64,000 nt of DNA. It comes from an uncultured delta proteobacterium (GTDB taxonomy: Bacteria; Desulfobacterota; Binatia; UBA9968). Shown here one piece after another: positions 52,122 to 62,664 of this stretch; the stretch's first letter is position 1, and each line of letters opens with the position of its first letter. The DNA is taken from assembly GCA_963804165.1 (NCBI GenBank), contig CAWDPO010000033.1:32001-96000 (forward strand). Reading direction: 5' to 3'. Position numbers and translations under genes: made by a program. The notes below the pieces were generated by a model. It had not been told where the DNA came from, did not search any database, and worked only from the letters and a program-made list of their open reading frames with translations.

Positions 52122-53859
52122 ATGGCTAAAACCGAGACACTGAGCCCTGTATCCGTCAGCCGTTCTTGGCTCCCCCCGATGGACGGCGGCACGGCGCTCA
52201 TGGCCGTGCTGATCGGCTTTATGGGCTTCTACGTGCTCTACCCATTGACCCTGATTGTCGTCAACAGTTTCAACACCGCGACGATCGCCGAACCGCCGGT
52301 CTACGGCCTCAAGGCCTGGCGCGAAGCATTCAGCGAGTATGGGATCTGGCGCTCGCTGTGGAACAGCGTGAAGATCGGCATCGTGCTGCAAGTCGATCGC
52401 GCTACCGCTGGGAATTTTCATTTCTTGGTTGCTCGCGCGCACCAATATCTTCTGCGCCAACGCGTTGGAGTTCGGCTTTTGGATTTCTTTCTTTCTGCCG
52501 GGGTTGGCGACCACGTTTGGTTGGATGCTGATGCTCGATCCGAGCACCGGATTGATAAACTCGTGGTTGCGTCAGATACCGTTTTTAAGCGGGCTTAATT
52601 TCGACATTTACACCTTCGCGGGGATTATCTGGGTTCATTTGGTTAGCAACGGTATTTCCACCAAAGTGATGTTGATGACGCCGGCGTTCCGCCGCATGGA
52701 CGCATCGATGGAAGAAGCGAGCCGGATGTCCGGCGCCAGCGCGCTCACGACGATGTTGCGAATCACCGTTCCAGCGATGACTCCGGTGATCGTTGTTGTT
52801 TTCTTACTCAGCGTGATCCGCATCTTCAGCAGCTTCGAGATCGAGCTGTTGCTCGGCGTGCCGTGGAGTTTTTATGTGTACTCGACAAAAATTGTCGATC
52901 TCGCGAGGCAGGAACCGCCGTTGGTGAATCAAGCGGCGGCGCTGGGGAGCATCATTCTGCTCTTTCTCGCCGCTTTTATTCCCCTCCAGCGCAGATTAAT
53001 CACGCGCCGGCAATTCACGACCGTCACGGGGCAATTCAAACCGAAGATCATCGATCTTGGCGTGTGGCGTTACCCGGCGACGGCCTTTGTTGCTTTGGTT
53101 ATTTTCGTCCTGGACGTTGTGCCGCTCTTGAGTGTCTTGGGCGGCAGCTTCATGACTCGGTTCGGCTTTTTCAATCTGCCGAAAACATGGACGCTGGAGT
53201 ACTGGAGGATGGCGTTTAGCGATCCGCGTATTCTCCATGGCTTGCATAATACGCTGATCGTCGCGGTCAGCGCCGGACTAGTCGGCGCTCTGGTTTTCTC
53301 TTTGATTGGTTACGTTCTGGTGCGGACCAAACTTCCCGGCCGCTCATTGCTCGATACTATTTGCTGGCTGCCGTCGGCGATCCCCGGCGTGTTGGCCGGG
53401 CTTGGCTTATTGTGGATGTTTCTTGGCACGCCGTTTTTCCGGCCGTTTTACGGCACAATTTTTCTCCTGGTCATCGCTCAGGTTCTCGGCGGCATCACGC
53501 TGTCGACCCAAATACTCAAAGCTAATTTCGTCCAATTCGGAAAAGAGCTGGAGGAATCATCGCGCATGTCGGGCGCGGGCTTTTGGCGCACCTATTTTCG
53601 CATCGTGTTTCCGCTGATGGCGCAAACGATGGTGTTGGTGGGCGTGATTAAATTCATGTTCGCCGCGCAGCACAATTCGGCGATCATTCTTCTCGCGACT
53701 TCGGAAACCAGAACTTTGTCGCTGCTCGCCCTTGATCAGGTGGCGGCGGGATACCGCGAAGTCGCGAGCATTACCATCATCATGGTGACGTTACTCACGC
53801 TCGGGTTGGCCATCGTCGCGCGATCGTTCGGTCTTAAAGTCGGCATTCGAGCGGATTGA
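52122..53859 (+). CDS. ABC permease, FbpB/ThiP-like double MetI domain (frameshift near 52396)
   Basis: Two EAA loops (MEEASRMSGA, LEESSRMSGA) and many TM helices. Confidence 0.87.
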
Positions 53860-53952
53860 CGACAACTCGAAGAAGAAAATTGAAAGATTGGCCAATCCTC
53901 GGTCCTCGGTAGTAATTGAGGCATTTTCAGCGGTACGGCAAGGATAGATCAC

Positions 53953-55068
53953 GTGAGCTTTTTACGCATTGAAAATCTCTACAAAACCTTCGACCGAGTG
54001 GTGGCGGTTAATCGCATCAATCTCGAGATCAAAGAAGGCGAGTTCTTTACCCTGCTCGGCTCCAGCGGTTGCGGCAAAACGACGACGCTGCGCATGGTCG
54101 GCGGACTGGAAAAACCCGACGGCGGCGCGATTTATCTTGCCGACCGTTGTCTGGTTTCCGACGCGCAAAAACTGTTCGTCAAACCGGAAAAGCGCGACAT
54201 GGGCATGGTGTTTCAATCCTACGCGCTGTGGCCGCATATGACGGTCTATGAGAACGTCTCGTATCCGCTCAAACTTCGCGGCATGAAAGGCGCCGAAGCC
54301 AGCAACAAAGTCGCCAATGTTTTGGCGCTCGTCGGTCTTTCCGGACTGGAAGAGCGGCCGGCGCCGGCACTGAGTGGCGGGCAACAGCAGCGAGTCGCGC
54401 TCGCCCGGGCGCTGGTATTTTCGCCCAAGGTCTTGTTGCTCGACGAACCGTTGAGCAATCTCGACGCCCAATTGCGCGAAGAAATGCGTCGCGAGCTCAA
54501 GGCCCTGCAGCAGCGGATCAACGTCACAGTGATATTCGTCACCCACGACCAGATCGAAGCGCTGAGCCTATCCGATCGAATCGCGATTATGAAATTCGGC
54601 GTGCTCGAACAGGTCGGAACCCCGGAGGAGGTTTACTATACACCGGCGACGCCGTTCGTGCGTGACTTTTTGGGTAAGACGTTTCTTCTTTCTGGAAAGG
54701 TGGTTGGCGTTTCCGATCAGCACGTGCAAGTCGAAGTCCAAGGAGTCGGCGCATCTTCGCTCACGCTGCAACGGAATAATGTGATTTCATCCGCCAACGG
54801 ATTCCCCACCATCGGCCAGTCCGCGATGGTCGCCATCCGGCCTGAAAAAATGATTCTCTCGGATCGCGGCTGTGAGGGACAGGGCAACGTCGTCGAAGGA
54901 ACTTTGCAAGCGACGCAATTCCTCGGCGATCGTTACGAGTACACCGTGACTCTCGGCTCAGAAACCCGGGTGATCGTGTCGCCGGAAGCCAAGCTCCTCA
55001 AGCAGGGCGGCAAAGTTTTTCTCGAGCTCAAGCCCGAGGGCGTCACTCTCTGGCCGCGCGAACCGTAA
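53953..55068 (+). CDS. ABC ATPase, FbpC/PotA-like with TOBE domain
   Basis: GSSGCGKTT, FQSYALWPHMTV, LSGGQQQRVALARA, LLLDEP. Confidence 0.92.
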   Translation: MSFLRIENLYKTFDRVVAVNRINLEIKEGEFFTLLGSSGCGKTTTLRMVGGLEKPDGGAIYLADRCLVSDAQKLFVKPEKRDMGMVFQSYALWPHMTVYENVSYPLKLRGMKGAEASNKVANVLALVGLSGLEERPAPALSGGQQQRVALARALVFSPKVLLLDEPLSNLDAQLREEMRRELKALQQRINVTVIFVTHDQIEALSLSDRIAIMKFGVLEQVGTPEEVYYTPATPFVRDFLGKTFLLSGKVVGVSDQHVQVEVQGVGASSLTLQRNNVISSANGFPTIGQSAMVAIRPEKMILSDRGCEGQGNVVEGTLQATQFLGDRYEYTVTLGSETRVIVSPEAKLLKQGGKVFLELKPEGVTLWPREP

Positions 55069-55142
55069 TTCGAACCGTTCAAGCCGTTCAAATCGTTCAA
55101 ACAGTTCAAGCCGTTCGAAAATTACAGTAAAAGGTTGCCATC

Positions 55143-56277
55143 ATGGCGATGTTGGTCATGCAACGCTTTCCCTGCGCGGTAGTTGGCGCATGGCTTTGTT
55201 TGTTTGCTAGCTCGTACCTATCCGCTGCCGAAACGAAAATCGATGCGGAGTGGTCGGGCACAGTTGCGGCTGCCAGGAAAGAGGGCAAAGTCAGCGTTTT
55301 TCTTTACCAGCGGGAGAACATCGAGGCGGCGGTTAAAGCCTTCGAGAAAAAATTTCCCGATATTCAGGTCATCACAGCGAGTACGTCCGCGGCGGAGACG
55401 GGACCGCGCCTGATGGCGGAACGGCGCGCCGGCAAGTTTCTCTGGGATGTTTGTTTGTGCGGACCGACGACTCCGTTCGTAGCGCTTTACCCGGCCAAAG
55501 CTTTGGATCCGATCAAGCCGGCGTTGCTGCTGCCGGAAGTGACCGACGCGACGAAATGGTGGGAAGGCAAGCATCAATATATGGATCCGGAAGGAAGCCA
55601 TATCTTCGTATTTCATCGGCAGCGTCGATATGCCCAATCTCTTCTATAGTAAAAATGGAGTCGACCCCAACGAATTCAAATCCTACTGGGACGTGATCAA
55701 AGCAAAATGGCGCGGCAAAATCGTCGCCGTGGACCCGCGCCAGCCCGGCCGGCCGCGGGTCGGCACACGCGTCCTTTACAATATTCCCGATCTCGGAGAA
55801 AAATTTTTGACCCGGCTGTTCTTGGAAATGGACATTGTCCTTAGCCGCGATGACCGCCAAGCGCTGGACTGGCTCGCGGTGGGAAAGTACGCGCTCTGTT
55901 TATTTTGCGGCAATATCGAAGCGGCGCGAGCGCAGGGTTTGCCCGTCGAGGAGTTTGAAACCTATCGCTGGAAAGAGACTCCGGCGATCTCCTCGGGCAG
56001 CAACGGTTCGATCGCGCTGATGAATCAGGCGCCGCATCCCAATGCCGCGCGGGTGTTTATTAATTGGCTATTATCGCGCGACGGCCAGGTCTCGTTTCAA
56101 AAGATCATGAATTCCGCCGACCTGTTGGTGGAATCGATGCGCGTCGATATCGCCAAAGATCCCATTCCCATGCCGCAGCGACGAGTGGGGGGAGTGAAGT
56201 ACATCATCATGGATACTGCGGAGCGAAGCAATCAAGAGCCGGTGAATAAGCTGTTGAAAGAGATCATCAAGAAATGA
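55143..56277 (+). CDS. Extracellular solute-binding protein (paralog 12; frameshift near 55612)
   Basis: N-terminal half 55143-55649 and C-terminal half 55630-56277; CLFC motif. Confidence 0.82.
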
Positions 56278-56501
56278 TCGACGCAGAGACCAAGTTCTTA
56301 GTGAGATGGGGACGTATCGTTCGCACCCAGATAGTCCTCTCCCCTCGAGCGGCTGTGCGCTGATGTCATTCTGAGCGTAAGCGAAGAATCTCGCTTTTCC
56401 TGCTGTCGACGAAGGCGAGATCCTTCGCCTATTGGCTCAGGATGACATCTATCTATGGAGTCTTGGGGTTGCGACAGAGACTTCCGTGGTGAGAAAAACA
56501 T

Positions 56502-57626
56502 ATGATCACGCGTATTCTGATTATTCCTCTTTTTGCTCTCTTGGGTTCGGTCTCCGCGGCGCCTGCCGCCCAGTTAAGTGTCGCTGCTGCCGCATGGCAA
56601 ACCGAGTGGGAGCGCACGGTCAAAGCGGCGGAGCAGGAGGGCGAAGTCTCCTATTACACGGTCGGTGAGTTTAACTTTCTGACCGAGTTCGAAAAGAAAT
56701 TCCCGCGCATCAAAATCAAAGTCGTGCAGGGTAGAGGCAACGAGCTGCTGGTGCGCATCATGACCGAGCGACGCGCCGGGAAATACCTCGCCGACGTGGC
56801 GCGCATCGGCAACACTTCGCCTTACGCGCTGTATCAGGCTAAAACGCTGCAGCCCATCGCCGGCGCATTCATTTTGCCGGAAGTCAAAGACGAGTCGAAA
56901 TGGTGGTCGGGGAAACATCAATACGTCGATGCCGAAGGCAGATACATCTTCGTTCCGGTCGGCAGCGTCTCGGTGAATATGGTCGCGCACAACAGCGAGC
57001 TGGTGGCGCCGGCGGAACTCAGCTCGTTTTGGGATCTCTTGCAGGAGCGATGGCGCGGCAAGATCGTCGTCATCGACCCGCGCGCCAGCGGCTACGGCAG
57101 GAGCGGTGCGCGCACGGCTTACTATCATCCGCAACTGGGCGAAGAGTTTTTGCGCCGGTTATTTAGTCAACAAGTCGTGATGATATCGCGGGATTACCGC
57201 CAGGCGATCGATTGGGTGGCGCAGCGGCGCTTTTCGATCCTGCTATTCGGCAACGGCGACGATGTCCTGCAGGCGAAAGCGCGGGGCTTGCCGGTCGACG
57301 TCTTCGATAACGCTTCCTGGAAAGAGGGAGGCGCGTTGGAACCGGGCGCGTTCACATTTGCATGGTTGGATCGATCACCGCACCCCAATGCGGCCAAGGT
57401 TTTCATCAACTGGCTGCTCTCACGCGATGGGCAAATGGCGGTTCAGCGCGATGGGCAGATTCACGACTCGCTGCGCGTGGATATTCCAAAAAACGAGCTG
57501 CGCCCGATGGCCCGACGCAAAGAAGGAGCGAAATATATGGTGACATGGAAGGCGGAGTGGATGGACGCCGAGCCCATGCAAAAAGTAGTGAGCCAGGCGC
57601 TGGCAAAGAGTGCCAAGAAGCCATAA
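56502..57626 (+). CDS. Extracellular solute-binding protein (paralog 13)
   Basis: Signal peptide and family scaffold motifs. Confidence 0.85.
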   Translation: MITRILIIPLFALLGSVSAAPAAQLSVAAAAWQTEWERTVKAAEQEGEVSYYTVGEFNFLTEFEKKFPRIKIKVVQGRGNELLVRIMTERRAGKYLADVARIGNTSPYALYQAKTLQPIAGAFILPEVKDESKWWSGKHQYVDAEGRYIFVPVGSVSVNMVAHNSELVAPAELSSFWDLLQERWRGKIVVIDPRASGYGRSGARTAYYHPQLGEEFLRRLFSQQVVMISRDYRQAIDWVAQRRFSILLFGNGDDVLQAKARGLPVDVFDNASWKEGGALEPGAFTFAWLDRSPHPNAAKVFINWLLSRDGQMAVQRDGQIHDSLRVDIPKNELRPMARRKEGAKYMVTWKAEWMDAEPMQKVVSQALAKSAKKP

Positions 57627-57663
57627 CTTGTCGTCATAGGCGATCACGAAACGGGAGTAGAGC

Positions 57664-58902
57664 ATGATCAGCAAAGAAGACAACGAACGCCTCACCCAGG
57701 TCAAAGCGGGCACGCCGGTGGGAGATCTGTTGCGCCGTTATTGGTATCCGATAGCGGCGGTTTCGGAACTGGCGCGTCATCCGACCAAGTTCGTCAAGGC
57801 TCTCGGCGAAGAATTGGTGTTATTTAAAGACACGCAAGGAAGGCTGGGTCTGATCGACGCCCACTGCCCGCATCGCCGGGCGAATTTGGCTTACGGCATG
57901 GCGGAAGAAGATGGTTTGCGTTGCGCTTATCATGGCTGGAAATTCGATCGCACCGGGCGCTGCTTGGAGCAGCCATTTGAAGAAACCGTCAAGCCCGGCG
58001 GCTTCAAAGACAAAATTCAACTGGCGAACTATGCCGTCGAAGAATTGGGCGGCATGATCTTCGCCTATCTCGGGCCCAAACCGGCGCCCCTCGTGCCACA
58101 CTGGGATTTGCTCGTCGAAGACAATTTCTGGCGCGAAGTCGGTTACACGATGACTGCCGCCAACTGGCTACAGACCGTCGAGAATATTATGGATCCCGTG
58201 CACGTCGAATGGTTGCACGGTGTGTTTCGCAATTACGCCGCCGAGCGGACGGGAAACGCCGACTTGAAACGCAAACGCGTGCGCCACCAGAAAATCGGTT
58301 TCGATTTGGCCGAGTACGGCATTATCAAACGGCGCATTCTGGAAGGTGAGAGCGAAGAATCCGACGATTGGAAGGTCGGTCACTGGCTAGTTTTCCCGAC
58401 GATTCAAAAAGGGCCCGATATGCTGCGCTTTCGCGTGCCGGTGGACGAGACCCACACGGCGCAATGGTATTACTCGATCCATCCATTCGGCGAAGGTGAG
58501 GGACAAACGGCGGAGGAAATGCCGCTGTATCATATGCCGTCGCCCGAGCTCGACCGCCACGGACAGCCGCAGTTTCAATTCCTCAATAACGACGTCGATC
58601 CGCAGGACAACGCCATCTTTGTTTCGCAGGGAGCGGTTTACGACCGCACGAAGGAGCTCCTCGGCGAGTCCGATCACGGTGTCGTGCTTTACCGCCACCT
58701 CCTCGACAATCAGATTAAAATTATCGCCGCGGGTAAAGATCCGATGAATACCTTTCGCGATCCGGCGAAGAATATCCGCATCGACCTGCCGACGGAGAGC
58801 AGAGATAGATTTCTGACGGGACGGATGGGCGCGCAAGGAATGCGGCGGCGCTATTCGCAACGCTTTAAACCGCTCGGCGATAAAGACAAGCTGCTGCCCT
58901 GA
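57664..58902 (+). CDS. Rieske oxygenase alpha subunit
   Basis: CPHRR...CAYHGW; VENIMDPVHVEWLH; QDNAIFVSQG. Closest to 49427. Confidence 0.9.
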   Translation: MISKEDNERLTQVKAGTPVGDLLRRYWYPIAAVSELARHPTKFVKALGEELVLFKDTQGRLGLIDAHCPHRRANLAYGMAEEDGLRCAYHGWKFDRTGRCLEQPFEETVKPGGFKDKIQLANYAVEELGGMIFAYLGPKPAPLVPHWDLLVEDNFWREVGYTMTAANWLQTVENIMDPVHVEWLHGVFRNYAAERTGNADLKRKRVRHQKIGFDLAEYGIIKRRILEGESEESDDWKVGHWLVFPTIQKGPDMLRFRVPVDETHTAQWYYSIHPFGEGEGQTAEEMPLYHMPSPELDRHGQPQFQFLNNDVDPQDNAIFVSQGAVYDRTKELLGESDHGVVLYRHLLDNQIKIIAAGKDPMNTFRDPAKNIRIDLPTESRDRFLTGRMGAQGMRRRYSQRFKPLGDKDKLLP

Positions 58903-59127
58903 CGGGTAATTTTGGGATGTTGAGTTTCTAGTTCCGGCTTGATGAAGATTCGAAAATACTGTGCTGCATTCCTTCTTCAGCCGCTGATTTTTCGCGTTAA
59001 TCTGTCTGGCCGATGATTGGGGCCCTTGTCACCGATGCCGCGCTAGCGCCAGAAGTCGTAGTCACGATGCACCGGTCTCAAATTGCGATTCTCCAGACCG
59101 ACAATACGCATTATCTTTGGTGTTCCG

Positions 59128-60375
59128 TTAATTTTCGTCCCAGCGAAATTTCGGAATTGCCGGAACTTTAAACGCTGTGATCAAAGTGACTGCGGATACC
59201 ACCAAGCCGCCTAAGACCGTTGCCGCCGGCGCGCCGATCAAGGGAATGATCAGGCCGGATTGAACTTGCCCGAGAGGATGGAGGCCGCGGTTGCTCAACT
59301 GAAAAACTCCCATCACCCGGCCGCGAAAACTATCGGGTGTGGTCATCTGAAGAATAGTGCCGCGCGATGCGCCCCAAATGGTGTCTGTGGCGCCGACAAA
59401 TGCCATGAGCAAGAGCGACAACAAGAACGACTGCGAAATACCGAAAAGGGCAAAAGCGCCGCCATAGAGGATCGCCGAGACAAAAAGAATTTTGCCCTGA
59501 TGCGGGCGCTGCCCGATGCCGATATAAAAACTCGAGCCGATGACGGCGCCGAGGCCACGCGCGGATTGAAGAAGTCCGAAGCCGTGAGCGCCGACGCGCA
59601 AAACGTCACTGGCGAAAATGGTCAACATCGTGTGGTTTAGGCCGAATAATGACGCCACCGCTTCCATTACCATCACGCCGAGGACGATAGGCCGCGAGAC
59701 GATATAGGAAAAGCCCTCGGTAGTTTCGCTGAGCAGGCTGCGCTGCTTGGAGTTGCCCTTGGGAATTACACGCATCATCAAGATGGCGCAGACGACGACA
59801 ACATAGGTCGCGGCATTGGCGTAAAAAGCGCCCGCCGTTCCCATCCAACTGATCGCAACTCCGGCGAGAAACGGACCCACGAGCGCCGATCCCTTCCACA
59901 ATAGAGAATTGAGCGCCACCGCGTTCGGCAAGACGGCGCGCGGGACTAAATTTGGAAACAGCGCCTGGCGCGCCGGCCCATCCAAGGATCCCACAGAAGC
60001 ATTTAGGAATGTGAACGTATAGATATGCCACGGTTCAATACGGCCGGAATGATCCAAAACGCCAAGACCGAAGGCCAATAGTCCGGAGGCCACTTCACTC
60101 CAGAGCATGAGCTTGCGGCGATCGTAACGATCGGCGAAGGTCCCACTGATGACGCCGAGACCGATGGCTGGAACCGCGCGGAAGATTCCATTCAAGCCCA
60201 GCAAGACGGGCGAACCGGTGAGCTGGTACAGAAGCCAGTTCGTCGCAGTCATCTGCATCCAGGTGCCGATGTTGGAAACTAATAGGCCGGTCCAGAAGAG
60301 GCGAAAATCGCGGTAGCGCAACGCCGCGAGGCGTCCTACGGCTTGTGGGTCGGGATCGTTAGCTTCGGTGGTCAT
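59128..60375 (-). CDS. MFS transporter (MFS_3/EntS-like)
   Basis: About 12 TM segments; DFRLFWTGLLVSNIGTWMQ, ADRYDRRKL, PDSFRGRVMG. Confidence 0.88.
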   Translation of the reverse strand: MTTEANDPDPQAVGRLAALRYRDFRLFWTGLLVSNIGTWMQMTATNWLLYQLTGSPVLLGLNGIFRAVPAIGLGVISGTFADRYDRRKLMLWSEVASGLLAFGLGVLDHSGRIEPWHIYTFTFLNASVGSLDGPARQALFPNLVPRAVLPNAVALNSLLWKGSALVGPFLAGVAISWMGTAGAFYANAATYVVVVCAILMMRVIPKGNSKQRSLLSETTEGFSYIVSRPIVLGVMVMEAVASLFGLNHTMLTIFASDVLRVGAHGFGLLQSARGLGAVIGSSFYIGIGQRPHQGKILFVSAILYGGAFALFGISQSFLLSLLLMAFVGATDTIWGASRGTILQMTTPDSFRGRVMGVFQLSNRGLHPLGQVQSGLIIPLIGAPAATVLGGLVVSAVTLITAFKVPAIPKFRWDEN

Positions 60376-60486
60376 TAAAAAAACTCAAGCCAACCCTCAT
60401 CCTTCCTCATAAGAGAGAAGAAAGAGAAAAAGATATCTTGCTGCTTGATGGCGGCGGGGTCGATTTGAAACGAATGCAACGATTGC

Positions 60487-61391
60487 TCAGTTTAAATCCC
60501 AGTGTGCAAAACCCATGGCGCAGCCGACACCGGTGCTTGTGCGATAGAGCGGCTGATAGTCGATCATCGTACCGGGTCGATTGGCCGCCGCGGCGGTGAC
60601 GATCCAATTGCGGATTTCCGAAGTGCCTTCGACCAAAATTTCGGCGGGCATAGCGCTCATGCTATTTTAGATCGTTTTGCCGGAGTGCCTGGATGAAATC
60701 CTGATCCAGCTTTTCATCGATCTTGGTATGGCTGAGGCCGCCGGAGCCGACGATGACGACGCGTTCGTCGCCGGGTATTTGTCGTAACACTTGCGCGAGC
60801 GCGCGGCCGAAGTGCGCGCAGCGCTTCGCCGACGGCGCCGGCGGATAGTAGGTGTTGACCATCACGGGAACTACGGCGTGCTTGGCCTGCGGGCTCACGA
60901 ACTTGAGCACGCGCGCGAAGGCGTGGCCGAGCCCGCCGTCGTAGCGGGTTTTCTTGGAATAAGACGGATCGAAGCCTTCATCCATCAGGCCGTTCACAAG
61001 GCCTTCGGCGAGGTTGGCGTCGACGCGATACTTGGTGCGATTTTCCGACTTGGGCTGATTCAAATAGCGCAGGCTGAGGCTCGCTTCGACTTCCTCGCCC
61101 ATGAAGATCGTAAACGGCGGCATGTTGTCGTCGACGAGATTTTCATGCTGATCGTCGCCGACGACAACGAGAACGTCGGGATCAAAAGCTGCGATCTTTT
61201 CCCGCAGCTTGCCAATCGCCTCCATGCAGCCGTTCCATTTGGCCCATTTGACTTCCAGAGTTTCCTTCTCCAGTCCCGGCTTATCAGGCAGGTGCTCGCT
61301 CTGCGCGCGTATTCAACAGATGCCAGTTGTCGGGATTGAGCATCAACTGCGGCGCGTGCGACATGGCCGCGCAGCCGACTAGATTTGCCAT
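60487..61391 (-). CDS. Class III extradiol ring-cleavage dioxygenase (LigB/MhpB-like); frameshifts near 61300 and 60662
   Basis: MANLVGCAAMSHAPQL..., GDDQHEN, GLGHAF, GSGGLSH, and a downstream frame reading EGTSEIRNWI...GCAMGFAHWDLN*. Confidence 0.8.
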
Positions 61392-61453
61392 AGGTTTTTT
61401 CGTTCCGAGTTCAACGTTCAAAGTTCAAGGTTTGTCTCCCGCATGTGACCGGC

Positions 61454-62498
61454 CTACGCGCGCGCGGCTTTCATATCGGAAAGCTCCGGCACCGATAGGT
61501 TCAGCTTGAACCAGCTGCTGCCGCTGTCGTCGCTGCCGAACAGATCGCCATTTCGCTGCGCGGCGTACATGCAATCGGCGTTGGCCGGATCGAAGGCGAA
61601 GCTTTCGACGAAACTCCGGTTCGCTTGGGACACCGCGCCGTCGAGTTTTTTCCAGCTTTGGCCGCTGTCGGTGGATTGAATGAGAAACGCTTCGGCGCCG
61701 GTGTTGCGCTTGCGCCATTGCCCGGGCTGGCCGTTGGCGACGGCGGAATAAAGCACGTTGTGCTTCTTTGGATGAATCGTCAGCGGCACCGAGTATTCTT
61801 CTTTGAACTCCATGGCCATCGGCGCCCAGTTTTTGCCGCCGTCGCTGCTGGAATAAAGCGCGCGGCCCGGGGCTTTACCCGCCCGGCAGTCGTGGCCGCC
61901 GGTGGCGATGAAAATTTTGTTGCTGTCTTCGGGATGGAGCACGATGGTGTGCACGTCGCAGTCGAGGTTCTTGTTGAGCAGCTCCCAATTCTTGCCGCCG
62001 TCCGTGGTCTTGAGCATGTAGCCGACTTGCAGCGCCACGTACATAGTTTTCGGATCTTTGGGGTCGATGGTGATGTCGCGCACGTGCGGCTCGACGGTGG
62101 CGACAGGATAAGTGATCGTCGATACCCAGGGAATATTCCAAACCGAATCGAGGCGCTCCCAGCTCTTCGCTTCATCGCGGCTGACAAAGACATCGATGGG
62201 TTCGGTCCCGGCGTAGAGCGTGTTGGCATCGTGCGGATCGAAGGTCAAGCAACGCACTTTGCCCGGGCCGCGTTTGCCGTAGCAGGGCTTTTTCCAGCTC
62301 GCGCCGAAATCTTCGCTGACCCAGACGCCGTCGCCGCGCGTTCCGGCGAAAACTTTGTTCGGCGCATTCGGCGAAACCGCGACTTCCGGAATCTGCCCAA
62401 TCTTTTAGCCCGTGATGTTCTTGTTTCCAGCTGTGGCCGTCTTCGCTCTTGAGCGTGACCACGCCTTCATCCGTCGCAACGTAAAGGATCGATGCCAT
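61454..62498 (-). CDS. BNR/Asp-box repeat beta-propeller protein (frameshift near 62394)
   Basis: Repeated S/T-x-D-x-G-x-x-W boxes (SEDGHSW, TTDGGKNW, SSDGGKNW, STDSGQSW, SDDSGSSW); no signal peptide. Confidence 0.8.
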
Positions 62499-62664
62499 GG
62501 CTTTTTCCTCCCGTGTTTATTGATGGGTCAATATCTACTACAGAACTATTGGGGCGACAAGGCGAAGAGAACTGCTGATCGTTGCTCACGCCGTTCCGCC
62601 ACCAATATATGCACGGCCTTCGCGGATTTTAATATCGCTAAATGTTGCAGGTCTGCTGAGGTTT

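Noticed and set aside
18208-57626. Diversity-generating retroelement or integron cassette array as the source of SBP diversity
   Set aside because: No reverse transcriptase, TR/VR pair, integrase or consistent attC sites were seen, and the paralogs diverge along their whole length.
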